Assembly: GCA_964522715.1 (NCBI GenBank)
Contig: CAZFWY010000001.1
Span: forward strand, 1 to 53,895
DNA length: 53,895 nt
Direction: 5' to 3'
Origin: an uncultured Thermofilaceae archaeon
GTDB taxonomy: Archaea; Thermoproteota; Thermoprotei; Thermofilales; JAPDKD01
The first letter of the stretch is position 1. Each line of letters begins with the position of its first letter. A program made the position numbers and the translations under genes. Below are positions 16,832-26,141 of this stretch, piece by piece. The notes beneath the pieces are model-generated. The model saw only the letters and a program-made list of their open reading frames with translations. It was not told the origin of the DNA and made no database searches.

Positions 16832-16853
16832 ATAGACGACTAAAGTAGTCTAT
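16832..16853. promoter_or_regulatory. Imperfect palindrome ATAGACGAC-TAAA-GTAGTCTAT just upstream of the AbrB-PhoU gene
   Basis: 9-bp arms with one mismatch and a 4-nt spacer, ending 11 nt before the GTG at 16865 and overlapping an AT-rich TATA-like stretch. Confidence 0.3.
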
Positions 16854-16864
16854 AGATCTAGGAA

Positions 16865-17890
16865 GTGATAGCTTTGCCTAAAGGGGTGTTCGAGAGGAAA
16901 GTGGTGCTTACCGGCGGCTCCACGCTGATAGTATCCCTGCCGAAGGAATGGTGCAAACAGGTTGGTGTGAGCGCTGGTGATCGCCTCGCCATGATCGTTC
17001 AGCCCGATTACTCCTTGAGGCTTATGCCGAAGAAGGAGGAGAGGGAGGTCTACGAGATATCTATGAAGGTTAGCAGGGACGTTAAGCCTAAGGTCGTTGT
17101 GAGGGAGTTTATAGCCCGCTACTTAATAGGTTACGACGTCATAAGAGTTGAGTTCGGGGAGGGAACTTATGAGCACAGGGTTGCTATTAAGAAGGCTTTA
17201 ACCACTAAGCTGATAGGTGTGGAGATAATCGAGGAGGACGCTAAGTCCATGGTGGTCCAGTGCCTGGCTAAGCCTTCAGAGCTGTCCGTTAAGGACGCCA
17301 CGCGTAGGATGACTAGGATTACGAGTTCTATGGTTAACGACGTCGTCGGTTGCATCTCTAACCCTAAGGAGTACGTCCTTAAGGAGGTTATTGAGAGAGA
17401 GGATACGGTGGATAAGTTCTACCTGTTCATAGTTAGGCAGTTGAAGTCCGCTGCGCTAGGGCTCTACCTGCCCTCTGAGATAGGGTTGAAGGACTTGAGG
17501 GAGGCTCTAGGTTACAGGATTATCAGTAAGTCTGTCGAGAGGATAGCTGACCACGCTAAGAGGGTGGCGATAGTTATACCCCAGCTAAAGATTTGCGACA
17601 GGATTTGCAACCACCTAGAGGAGCTCGGTAGGAAGTCTTCGGAGATCTTCGACAGTGCCTGCGACGCCCTCTTCAGGCTGGATAAGGATAAGGCCCACGC
17701 GATAGTAGAAGAGGTTGAGAGCATACACCACTACGAGGAGAAGATAATAAGCAAGCTCTTGAAGACAGGGTTCGAGCCCACACAGGTACTCGTCATAAGC
17801 ACCATCCTGGAGAGTTTAAAGAGGGTGGCGGACTACAGCTCCGATATAGCCGAGATAACCATCAACTTAGCCGCGGAATCGACCGCCTAG
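16865..17890 (+). CDS. AbrB/SpoVT-domain plus PhoU-repeat regulator (archaeal phosphate uptake regulator-like)
   Basis: N-terminal GGSTLIVSLPKEWCKQVGVSAGDRLAM (AbrB/MazE swapped-hairpin). The C-terminal ~220 aa are helical with PhoU-like repeats (ISKSVERIADHAKRVA; LKRVADYSSDIAE). Confidence 0.7.
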   Translation: MIALPKGVFERKVVLTGGSTLIVSLPKEWCKQVGVSAGDRLAMIVQPDYSLRLMPKKEEREVYEISMKVSRDVKPKVVVREFIARYLIGYDVIRVEFGEGTYEHRVAIKKALTTKLIGVEIIEEDAKSMVVQCLAKPSELSVKDATRRMTRITSSMVNDVVGCISNPKEYVLKEVIEREDTVDKFYLFIVRQLKSAALGLYLPSEIGLKDLREALGYRIISKSVERIADHAKRVAIVIPQLKICDRICNHLEELGRKSSEIFDSACDALFRLDKDKAHAIVEEVESIHHYEEKIISKLLKTGFEPTQVLVISTILESLKRVADYSSDIAEITINLAAESTA

Positions 17891-18607
17891 GAACTTAGCC
17901 AGGTTACTGTACACTTGCTCGGCGACCTCATTGACGGATACGCCCTTCAAAGACGCCACGACTTTTAGGGTACTAGCTATCATGTCGGGGCTCAGGGATA
18001 GACCCCTGTACTCGTAGGGGCCGTCACTCTCTGTCAATATACTCGTTAGCGGGGTTCTCGCTACGACCTCCCTATGCTTCTTCTGGAAACGTATAGACGG
18101 GTTAACAGTGATGAAGTAGCCCGCCCCGATGATCTCGTCCAACAGGTCTAGGGGACCAGTGTACCAGTGGAAGACAGCCTTTTCCACGTCCGCTCTACGC
18201 AGGGCTTCGAAGACCTTCCGCCACGCCCCAGCCCCGTGTATGTTCATGGGGAGAGAGTACTCGACGGCTAGTCTGACGAAGAACTCGAAGAACTCCAGCT
18301 GCTTCTCGAAGCTCTGGGGTACGAACTTCTTGTCCAGCCCCACCTCACCTATACAGGCGGCCAAGCCCTTAGAGACCAAGGCCTCTATCTCCCTCAGGCT
18401 CTCGCGGGGCTCCTCCTCTACCTCCCAGGGGTGGACTCCGACGCAGCAGTAGACGCCGTACTTCTCGGCTAGCTTAACTGTGCGCAGGGAGGACTCTAGA
18501 TCGTCCGATACAGCAACTAAGACATACTTGGACGCGTAGGACTCGACTTTTTCGTCAGTATATTCGTGTAGGTGACAGTGAGCGTCTACTATCCTCACGG
18601 CGACCAC
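17867..18607 (-). CDS. TatD-family metal-dependent hydrolase
   Basis: IVDAHCHL at the N-terminus, GEVGLD, and histidines in NIHGAG and FHWYTG, in TatD order. Confidence 0.75.
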   Translation of the reverse strand: MVAVRIVDAHCHLHEYTDEKVESYASKYVLVAVSDDLESSLRTVKLAEKYGVYCCVGVHPWEVEEEPRESLREIEALVSKGLAACIGEVGLDKKFVPQSFEKQLEFFEFFVRLAVEYSLPMNIHGAGAWRKVFEALRRADVEKAVFHWYTGPLDLLDEIIGAGYFITVNPSIRFQKKHREVVARTPLTSILTESDGPYEYRGLSLSPDMIASTLKVVASLKGVSVNEVAEQVYSNLAKFLGGRFRG

Positions 18608-18744
18608 CCGGGCTACCTTTATCTAGCAGGTTGATGTAGATAACGTGCCCGCGACAGCCAGCTGACAGGGTCTATAGACCTAGGATGAGGCTGGCTGCCG
18701 AGAGTGATGATGAGAACTCCCGGCAAAGATGATATGATTGTAAC

Positions 18745-19560
18745 TTACCCGACTGAGCGCATCCTGTCGAGTTCCAACGTTTTCCTGAGTATATCGTCTG
18801 TTCGGGCAACAGCTACGCGTATCCTTTCCTTCAAGTCTAGGAGCGGGTTCTCGGGCTCTAGGAATAGTGAACAGCCCGACTCCCGCGCTATTAATAACGC
18901 GGCCGCCAAGTCCATCACCCTAGCGTTCCCCCAGAGGTTCGCGTAGACGTCGTAACGACCCTCAGAGATGAGACAGACTTCGTAGCTCGCGCAGCCCAGG
19001 GTTCTGATTTTCCACCCCCTCTCAGCCGCCAAGGAGGCGAAGGCGCCGACCTGTTGGTGGGTTTTCCGGCTGTAAGCGATGACTACACCTATGTCTTCCC
19101 TCTCCTCCCGTGGTACAACGAGCCTCTTGACATCTCTGTACGCTCCACCCTCAGCCACTGCGTGGAATACTACTCCCTTCGGGTTTATCATGTGTACTAC
19201 TCCTACCGCTACGTCCCGTAGCCTAGGGCCCGTAGAGACTGCGATGGAGACAGCGTAAGGAGGTATGAGCCTGCTCGCGTTGAAGCTGCCGTCAACGGGA
19301 TCGACTATGAATAGGGGGTAGTCGGAGCCTACCCTGACGAGCCCCCTCTCCTCCCCCAGGAACGAGAAGGCGACGAACTCCTCCCCAATACTGTCAAAAA
19401 TAGCGTCTTCTACGGCCTTATCCACGTACAGCGTAACGTCCCCCGAGGCGCCTCTACCTAGGGGTTTAGACCCCTCGCCGCTGGATAAGACCTCTTCCGC
19501 GGTCTTTGCCCCGGAGACGGCCGCCTTCCTAGCCACTCGTAGTAAGTCCTCGTAGTCCAA
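18745..19560 (-). CDS. Inositol monophosphatase / FBPase-IV family phosphatase (SuhB-like)
   Basis: FLGEE, FIVDPVDGSFNA (DPxDG[ST]) and VMDLAAALLIA (WD-AA-like) motifs in IMPase order. Confidence 0.75.
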   Translation of the reverse strand: MDYEDLLRVARKAAVSGAKTAEEVLSSGEGSKPLGRGASGDVTLYVDKAVEDAIFDSIGEEFVAFSFLGEERGLVRVGSDYPLFIVDPVDGSFNASRLIPPYAVSIAVSTGPRLRDVAVGVVHMINPKGVVFHAVAEGGAYRDVKRLVVPREEREDIGVVIAYSRKTHQQVGAFASLAAERGWKIRTLGCASYEVCLISEGRYDVYANLWGNARVMDLAAALLIARESGCSLFLEPENPLLDLKERIRVAVARTDDILRKTLELDRMRSVG

Positions 19561-19581
19561 GGCGTCAACACCGGGGGGAGT

Positions 19582-20112
19582 TTAGATCAGCTCTATCTCC
19601 GCCTTCCTCTCCTCTAGGTCTACTAGTGCCAGGGTAGCCTTCCCAGTGAGATAGCCGCAGAGTTCTCCGGGGTTAAGCACCAGTGTATCCCCTACCCTCC
19701 TCACCTCCGTCTCGTGTAGGTGCCCGTAAACCACTACGTCGAAGTCCCCGCTACGGGCTAGAGAATAGGCGATCGACCTAGTCGCAGCTGCAGTGTTTAC
19801 CCCGTGTATGACGGCTACATGGTAGCCGTTTATGTCGGCTATTAACGGCTGCTCGGATAGTACGAAGCCCAGATCGACGGCCACTCTCTTCAGGAGTAGC
19901 TTCTCTCCGTCGTTGTTCCCATAGACCGCGTACACTTTGAAGCCCTTAAACTTCTTAAAGGCGAAAGGAGCTATGATGTCCCCCGCGTGAATTATAATGT
20001 CTATACCTTTCTCTTTTAGAAACGCGATCGCCTCATCTATTTTCCGGATATTGTCGTGACTGTCGGATAGAACACCCACAAGCTCCAATCCCGACACCTC
20101 ATTTTTTGGCAT
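19582..20112 (-). CDS. YfcE/MJ0936-family metallophosphoesterase
   Basis: VLSDSHDN, IHAGDI, GNND, VIHG and VVYGHLH are the calcineurin-like phosphoesterase motifs in order; length about 175 aa. Confidence 0.8.
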   Translation of the reverse strand: MPKNEVSGLELVGVLSDSHDNIRKIDEAIAFLKEKGIDIIIHAGDIIAPFAFKKFKGFKVYAVYGNNDGEKLLLKRVAVDLGFVLSEQPLIADINGYHVAVIHGVNTAAATRSIAYSLARSGDFDVVVYGHLHETEVRRVGDTLVLNPGELCGYLTGKATLALVDLEERKAEIELI

Positions 20113-20196
20113 AAACGCCCCTTATATTGCTAAGGCTTGTTTAGAGCAGTGAACTGCTAAGGCTTTTAATAGTGTTTTTTAAGAGTAAAAGCGGAG

Positions 20197-20529
20197 GTGC
20201 CCCCTGTGGCTTTAGAGGAGCTAGATCCTAAGGCTGTTAGGAAGATCCTGGATAAGGCCGCGTGGCTTATAGAGACTGGGCGTGTTGTCAAGATTAGCGA
20301 TTACATGTTCTACGTTATGGGTAGGAGGAACAGGCACATAGTTAAGATAGAGAACGGCAAGCTCGTGTGTACGTGCCCCGGTTACCGCAGTAAGAACGTG
20401 TGCTCACACGTGGTCGCCGTCATGTTCGTGCTTGAGATGAAGGGAGGTATCGAGTACATAGATGAGAAAGTGAGAAGGAGGGTTTTGAGGGAGTTAAGGA
20501 CTCTCTGGAGAGGGGGCACCTACCGTTAG
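20197..20529 (+). CDS. Small SWIM zinc-finger protein
   Basis: CTCPGYRSKNVCSHVVAV fits CxCxnCxH (SWIM). Confidence 0.7.
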   Translation: MPPVALEELDPKAVRKILDKAAWLIETGRVVKISDYMFYVMGRRNRHIVKIENGKLVCTCPGYRSKNVCSHVVAVMFVLEMKGGIEYIDEKVRRRVLRELRTLWRGGTYR

Positions 20530-20555
20530 CCTTCCCCTCCCTAGGGGCGTGGGGT

Positions 20556-21941
20556 TTGAGCTGCGCTGCTATCCTCCTAGCCCTATCAATGTCTCTCTCC
20601 GCGTTTATCGTTACACTGGCTATTCTCCTCCGACTTCTACCGCCTAGGGCTTGTGAAGAGCGAGGAGAAAGGGGAATCTCGGCCGCCACTACCTTTACAA
20701 TACTAGTACCGATCAGGAACGAGCCTGAGGAGGTCGTTAAAACATTTAGGCAGGTGATAGCAAACCTCGATAAACGCGGCTTAGAGGTCGAAGTAATAGT
20801 AATCGACGATAGCGATAAGGAGCACGCCCAGTACGTAGATAGGTACCTCGGAGACATTTGCAGGATAATTAGGAGGGAGAAGCCCTCTGGGTTTAAGCCC
20901 GGGGCTTTGAACTGCGGTTTAGAGCGGTCAAGGGGCGAAGTCGTAGTAATCGTGGACTCAGACACCATAGTGCCGGGCGACTTCCTCCACGTAATCTCGA
21001 AGTGCCTAGGAGAGAGGGCCCACTACGTCCAGGCGCCTTCCTTACCCCTAAACGCTAAAACCCCGACCCACTACGCCTACTACATGTACGAGTTATTCCG
21101 GAACAAGTTCCTCCTGCGTGGAACATCATTCATAGGGTACCCGTTGATCTCTGGTTTCGGCTACGCCTTCAGACGCAAAGCACTCGTGAACCTCGGAGGG
21201 TGGCGCGAAGACCTACTAGCCGAGGACGCAGAACTCAGTGTACGTGTTGCGTGTGAGAAGGCTAGCGGTAGACTAGCGAATCTAATGGTTAACGACTTAC
21301 CGCCAGCTTCCCTTAGGGATTTGAGGAGACAGCAGGAGAGGTGGATACTGGGCTCCTTCCAAGCCTTGAGGGAGGCGTTTAGGGAAGCTCTAAGGGGTAA
21401 GGTTAGGGCTCTAATCTACGCGCCCTTACTATCATTTTACCTAGGCCTGTTATCGAACGTCCTCGTAGGCCTCGTACCAATAGCAGCGGCCGTCTCGGGA
21501 GAAACCCTCACAGTTAGGAATGTAGTGTTAATGTTCGTCCCCACTAATATACTCTTAGGGATCTTCACCCTTCTACTCGTAATGCCAGCCACCTACTCGC
21601 TGGGGGTAAAAAGAACGATAATCGGGGCGGCCCTGAGCGGCGCCCTCTACAACGCGCTATCCCTATACGCGGCCTATGCCCTCCTAAAGACTATACTTGG
21701 CGCCAGGGAGAGGTGGAGAGTCACGGGGAAACTAGCGCCCAAGGCGCCTCCAGCTAACCTCATGTACTTCATCTCAACGCTCTTCTACTTCGTATCCCTC
21801 GCCTTGTCGTTACTGTACGTCCAAGTCTTATCCCTCTGGCTCTTCGGCTTAGCCCTCAGTAGCGCCATATGTTGGGTGGGCGAGGTTAAAGGAACGTTTG
21901 ACGTTCCGCTACTCCCCGCTTCTAAGTCGCCGCGTCCTTAA
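20556..21941 (+). CDS. Membrane-embedded family-2 glycosyltransferase of the processive (D,D,D,QxxRW) type
   Basis: N-terminal TM, VPIRNEPEEV, VIVIDDSD, VIVDSDT, LAEDAELS (ED motif), RRQQERW (QxxRW), then about 4-5 C-terminal TM helices. Confidence 0.75.
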   Translation: MSCAAILLALSMSLSAFIVTLAILLRLLPPRACEERGERGISAATTFTILVPIRNEPEEVVKTFRQVIANLDKRGLEVEVIVIDDSDKEHAQYVDRYLGDICRIIRREKPSGFKPGALNCGLERSRGEVVVIVDSDTIVPGDFLHVISKCLGERAHYVQAPSLPLNAKTPTHYAYYMYELFRNKFLLRGTSFIGYPLISGFGYAFRRKALVNLGGWREDLLAEDAELSVRVACEKASGRLANLMVNDLPPASLRDLRRQQERWILGSFQALREAFREALRGKVRALIYAPLLSFYLGLLSNVLVGLVPIAAAVSGETLTVRNVVLMFVPTNILLGIFTLLLVMPATYSLGVKRTIIGAALSGALYNALSLYAAYALLKTILGARERWRVTGKLAPKAPPANLMYFISTLFYFVSLALSLLYVQVLSLWLFGLALSSAICWVGEVKGTFDVPLLPASKSPRP

Positions 21942-22029
21942 TTCCTGAAAAACCTCACATTTATACTGGTAACCCTTCTCTCGATCTTAGCCGTAATCAG
22001 TTAAATAAGCCGGGAGAGAGGCGAGGAAT

Positions 22030-22522
22030 GTGAAGACCGTGGAAATACCCGGCCTAAGGATAAGGGAAGCCCTACTCGAAGACATTCAGGCCATGACTAG
22101 CATAGCCATAGAGATTTTCTGGAGGGAGTACGGAAGCAGGGAAAAGGCTGAGAAAGCGTTCATGGACCGTGGAGCGGCGGTGGGAAAGCTTAGTTAGGAG
22201 GAGGGCTGGAATCGTCTTGGTAGCGGAGAGGTAGTAAGGTTCTTGGTTTTCCGCCAGTGGTTCGGCCAGAACGGGTGGTTGGAGGTTATCGCTGTCAGAG
22301 AGGAACATAGAGGTAAGGGCATAGGTACTCGGCTGATGGAAGAACTGACCAGGAAGGCGCGAGAGGCAGGCTACGCCAGGATATGCTTTTGCAGTCGAGC
22401 AGAAGGAGACTATCAGCTTCTACGAGAGATTCAGCGCTCAGTGCTTCGGGGAGCTACTAGACGAGGAGGCTGGCACATTAACCCTTTACTACATACCAAT
22501 CAAGCGAACGCAGAAACGGTAG
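22030..22522 (+). pseudogene. GNAT N-acetyltransferase disrupted by a stop and frameshifts
   Basis: Frame 1: VKTVEIPGLRIREALLEDIQAM...GKLS then TAG (22195). Frame 2: RRRAGIVLVAER then stop. Frame 1: FLVFRQ...IAVREEHRGKGIGTRLMEEL (acetyl-CoA motif A). The C-terminal GNAT strand FAVEQKETISFYERFSAQCFGE is back in frame 2, ending at TAG 22520-22522. Confidence 0.7.
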
Positions 22523-22644
22523 CCAGAACTAGCAGTCCACTGGTTCTCGTAATCGACACTGGTTTGACCGCGTTAACACAGCTGACCAAGCCAAACTTTT
22601 TATACTAGGCCTTAGAGGGGGTAGAGCAAACGAGAGTGTAGGAA

Positions 22645-23052
22645 ATGGTAGCAAGAGAATTACAGGTGAAAGACCTTAGGCCCGGAATAAGAAACGTGAA
22701 CATAACATTGAAAGTACTAGAGGTTAGAGAGGAGAAAACTGTTTTCTCCCGTACCGACAACTCCGAGCATAGAGTGGCCGACGCGTTGGTTGGGGATGAA
22801 ACAGGCGTAGTCTACATGACGCTGTGGGACGACGACATAGACCTCGTGAGAGGTCTCGAAGGCTCCACTATAACTCTTAGAAACGGCTACGTGACAGTTT
22901 TCAGGAACTCCATTAGGCTGAGTAGGGGTAGGTACGGGAAGATAGAGGAGTCCGAAAGAGAAATAGAAAAAGTAAATGAAAGTAATAACGTATCTGAGAG
23001 GCCGGGATGGGGTAGGAGAGGTAGGAGTTACGGTAGGCGCCGGAACTTCTAG
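22645..23052 (+). CDS. ssb: Crenarchaeal-type single OB-fold ssDNA-binding protein with Arg/Gly-rich tail
   Basis: VNITLKVLEV...VADALVGDETGVVYMTLWDD...ITLRNGYVTVFRNSIRL parallels Sulfolobus SSB. C-terminal GWGRRGRSYGRRRNF. Confidence 0.8.
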   Translation: MVARELQVKDLRPGIRNVNITLKVLEVREEKTVFSRTDNSEHRVADALVGDETGVVYMTLWDDDIDLVRGLEGSTITLRNGYVTVFRNSIRLSRGRYGKIEESEREIEKVNESNNVSERPGWGRRGRSYGRRRNF

Positions 23053-23080
23053 CCTTCTCCCCGCCCGCCGTCCTTAACCT

Positions 23081-24427
23081 CTATTTTTCTAGTTTTTCTA
23101 CAACTATCGCCAGGAAGTCGTTGACGTTTGTCCCTGTGTAGCCCGTCTTTACGTGTCCCCCGACGGCCTTGAAGAACTCGTAGCTGTTGTTGTCGTCCAG
23201 GAATTTGAGGGGGTCTAGCCCCGCCTTTTTAGCTTTAATGACTGTGAAGCCGTCTACTACGGCTCCAGCGGCGTCCGTCGGGCCGTCCCTACCGTCGCTA
23301 CCGATAGCAGCTATGGCTACGCCGTCTAGACCTTCGAGGGAGATGGCGGCTGAGAGGGCTAGTTCTTGGTTTCTACCTCCCCTCCCCTTACCGCGCACAG
23401 TCACAGTGGTCTCTCCCCCCGCTAGTACTACGGCTGGAGGCGGTATGGGGTTCCCTGTTCTCCTGACCTCCTTGGCTATGGCTACCGCTACTTTACCGAC
23501 CTCTCTGGCCTCTCCCTCTAAGAAGGAGGTGAGTATTAAGGCGTTATAGCCCAGGCTCTCGGCCTTCCTCTTCATAGCCCTCAGGGACTCTATGTTGCTC
23601 GCTATCACCACGTTTTTCACCTTCTCGAACACAGGGTCGCCGGGCTTAGGGGTCTCCGGGGCTTCGCCCTTCAAACCTTTAGTGATGTAGTCTCTAACCG
23701 AGGGAGGCGCGGAATCCCACACACCCCTCCTTTTCATGGCTTCAGCGGCTTGCTGGAACGTAGTTAAGTCGGGTACTGTAGGCCCAGACGCTATTGTGTC
23801 CATTCGGTCGCCCACGACGTCTGAAATCATTAGGCAGAGTACGAAGGCCGGGTAGGCGTGCTTAGCAAGCCACCCACCCTTAACCCTTGAGAGATGCTTC
23901 CTGACGGCGTTCAACTCAACTATGTCGGCCCCGGCGTTCATCATGGCTACGCTGACATCTCTTATGTCCTCTATTGTTACTCCCTCTACCGGGTACTCCA
24001 TTAAGGCAGAACCCCCGCCCGAGAACAGGGCTATTACCAGGTCGCCCTCCCCGCATTCCTTCACCAGGCTGACTATCTCCTTACCGGCTTTCACGCTCTT
24101 CTCGCTGGCTTTCGGGTGTGTAGCCCCTAAAACCTTGATCCTCTTGAGGTCGTACTCCCCCACTAATTCTTCTGGGACGGAGATGGCGCCAGCCGATATC
24201 TTATCTCCCAGTATCTCCTCCACGGCGCTAGCCATACCCCCAGTAGCCTTCCCCGCACCTACAACTACGACTTTACCCTTAAGAGGTATCCGCGTCTCCT
24301 TAACGATCAATTCTCCGTTTTCAAGCCTTAGACTCCTCTTAACGGCCTTCCTGGGGTCGGCCGCCGCTAAGCCCTCCAACACGACAGTCATAGCTGTTTT
24401 CCTAGCCTTCTCCGATGCCTCACTCAT
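23081..24427 (-). CDS. Glycerate 2-kinase (DUF4147 + MOFRL family)
   Basis: LAGGETTVTVRGKGRGGRNQELALSAA and GSDGRDGPTDAAGA are MOFRL-family signatures; 448 aa. Confidence 0.75.
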   Translation of the reverse strand: MSEASEKARKTAMTVVLEGLAAADPRKAVKRSLRLENGELIVKETRIPLKGKVVVVGAGKATGGMASAVEEILGDKISAGAISVPEELVGEYDLKRIKVLGATHPKASEKSVKAGKEIVSLVKECGEGDLVIALFSGGGSALMEYPVEGVTIEDIRDVSVAMMNAGADIVELNAVRKHLSRVKGGWLAKHAYPAFVLCLMISDVVGDRMDTIASGPTVPDLTTFQQAAEAMKRRGVWDSAPPSVRDYITKGLKGEAPETPKPGDPVFEKVKNVVIASNIESLRAMKRKAESLGYNALILTSFLEGEAREVGKVAVAIAKEVRRTGNPIPPPAVVLAGGETTVTVRGKGRGGRNQELALSAAISLEGLDGVAIAAIGSDGRDGPTDAAGAVVDGFTVIKAKKAGLDPLKFLDDNNSYEFFKAVGGHVKTGYTGTNVNDFLAIVVEKLEK

Positions 24428-24553
24428 AAGCGAAACCCGCTACTAAGGATGACAGCGCAAATATTTATGCTACCTCTCCTATCGAAAGCCCTACGTTCAA
24501 GTTGAGAAACGCTTTTTCTATAGCTTCTCTCTATACATACTGGTGGCTTAACG

Positions 24554-25384
24554 GTGTCCAGGCGTAAAGTGCCACATGAATACGAGGACATCGTCGATCT
24601 AGCTAAGGATATCTTCGGAGATGACCTCAAAGCCGTGGTTTTCTACGGTCATTCAGCGAAGCCAGGGGAGGCACCGCTCCACAGCGACATTAACGTAGCT
24701 GTGATAACGGAGAATGAGGTCTCAGCCCATAGTAAGACCCTGTTCTACGCTCGTATGGGGCGGCACGTAGTACCCATATTCTTAACGAGCAAACAGTTGA
24801 TGGAGCTCGCCGATAGGGGCGACTACTTCGCCCACGCCATACTCAGAGGCTCGCTGGTGCTGTTCGACGACGGCATAATATCGGAGCTTAAAGGTAGGTC
24901 GATAAAGTGGAGGGACATGCTCTTACAAGTCCGCAGGAAGGCTATGGTGTCCCTCGGGATAGCGGCACAGTGTATCTGGAGGGGGGCTTACGGGGAAGCC
25001 TTAAACTATATGTACAAATCGATGAAATCCTGTTTTCAGTGGCTGTGCATTAATAACGGGGAGGAGCCGCCGCCGAGTGATAACAAGCTCTCCATGAAGG
25101 CCCTGAGTATGGGGGCTTCTAAAGCCGTGGTGAACCTGTTCTCGGAGCTCAACATCCTCAGGAGGTACGGAGCTGGAAGGGAGAAATGCCATGAGCTGAT
25201 GGAGGGCGTTGTTGAAGGCGTAAAGGAGATTCTAGGGCTGGGCGGGGTTGGGTGGAGGACTCTAAGGTCTAAGATTAGGGGTTGCTACCCCCTGAGTATC
25301 GAGGTCTTCGAGAGAGGCGGCGCCTTAAGGTGGAGGCTAGACCTGGCCGTCGAGGGAGGGAGGAAGAAGAGTATTGAGGTCTGA
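24554..25384 (+). CDS. Pol-beta-superfamily (MNT-like) nucleotidyltransferase-fold protein with C-terminal helical domain
   Basis: VVFYGHSAKPGEAPLHSDINVAV fits G[SH]x9-12SD-h-[DE], but the second carboxylate position is Asn. No Rx4-6H HEPN motif is seen in the helical C-terminal half. Confidence 0.55.
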   Translation: MSRRKVPHEYEDIVDLAKDIFGDDLKAVVFYGHSAKPGEAPLHSDINVAVITENEVSAHSKTLFYARMGRHVVPIFLTSKQLMELADRGDYFAHAILRGSLVLFDDGIISELKGRSIKWRDMLLQVRRKAMVSLGIAAQCIWRGAYGEALNYMYKSMKSCFQWLCINNGEEPPPSDNKLSMKALSMGASKAVVNLFSELNILRRYGAGREKCHELMEGVVEGVKEILGLGGVGWRTLRSKIRGCYPLSIEVFERGGALRWRLDLAVEGGRKKSIEV

Positions 25385-26141
25385 AGAGGCGGCGAGGGTA
25401 AAGAGGGAGATTAGAGAGAGGATATGGCGCCTTCTAGAGGAGAAAGGCGTAGCTATATTCCCTAAACCCGTCAGGGGACGTATACCCAACTTTAAAGGGC
25501 ACGAGGTCGCCGCAGGGAGACTTCTAAGACATAGAGTCTTTACCCGCGCCAGGGTAGTCTTTGTATGCCCTGACTCCCCTCAGAGGCCAGTAAGGGAGGC
25601 TGCCCTCAGAATGGGGAAGATATTGGTGATGGCGACCCCTAGGCTCCGCTCGGGCTTCCTCGTACTAGACCCCAAGAAGATACCTCCGAGGTTCCACAGG
25701 AGGGCTTCTACTATTAGGGGGGCGTTCCAGCTGGGCGAGCTCGTGGACGTTCCGCCGTTCAAAATCGATATTAAAGTCACAGGGAGCGTCGCGGTCTCAC
25801 CCGATGGAGGTAGGGTGGGGAAGGGGGGAGGTTATAGCGACTTAGAGTACGCCATTCTCAGGGAGCTAAGGCTCATAAACGACTCTACGCCTGTAGTGAC
25901 CACCGTACACGACCTCCAGGTAATCGAGCGAATACCAATGACCAAGCACGATATGCCCGTAGATTACATATTCACCCCCACGCGAACCATAGAGACTAAC
26001 ACGAGCTACCCGAAGCCTAGAGGCATAATGTGGGAAGAGTTAGACCCCAGGAAGATAAGCGAAATACCTATACTACAGAAAATATCTATTGAAAGAGGTG
26101 CTGGTTCGTGGCGATACCGTTTAAGATCTTCGAGGTTATAG
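25374..26141 (+). CDS. 5-formyltetrahydrofolate cyclo-ligase (MTHFS) family protein
   Basis: REIRERIWRLLEE..., VAVSPDGGRVGKGGGYSDLEYA (G.G.GyYD-like) and HDMPVDYIFTP follow the MTHFS-family layout. 11-nt overlap with the upstream gene. Confidence 0.6.
   Translation: MRSEEAARVKREIRERIWRLLEEKGVAIFPKPVRGRIPNFKGHEVAAGRLLRHRVFTRARVVFVCPDSPQRPVREAALRMGKILVMATPRLRSGFLVLDPKKIPPRFHRRASTIRGAFQLGELVDVPPFKIDIKVTGSVAVSPDGGRVGKGGGYSDLEYAILRELRLINDSTPVVTTVHDLQVIERIPMTKHDMPVDYIFTPTRTIETNTSYPKPRGIMWEELDPRKISEIPILQKISIERGAGSWRYRLRSSRL

Noticed and set aside
18704-18756. Perfect C box GTGATGA and a CTGA 42 nt downstream, with an AUGAUUG C'-like box exactly 12 nt before the CTGA
   Set aside because: There is no recognisable D' box and no terminal stem (flanks GAGA and GCGC do not pair). 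The 3' portion lies inside the IMPase-family CDS on the other strand. It is probably chance.
22243-22608. 121-aa ORF taken as an intact small GNAT gene
   Set aside because: Only its middle carries GNAT motif A. The C-terminal 60 residues are out-of-frame read-through, and the true GNAT C-terminus is in the +1 frame ending at 22522. The N-terminal GNAT strands lie upstream in interrupted frames. I treat it as a pseudogene.
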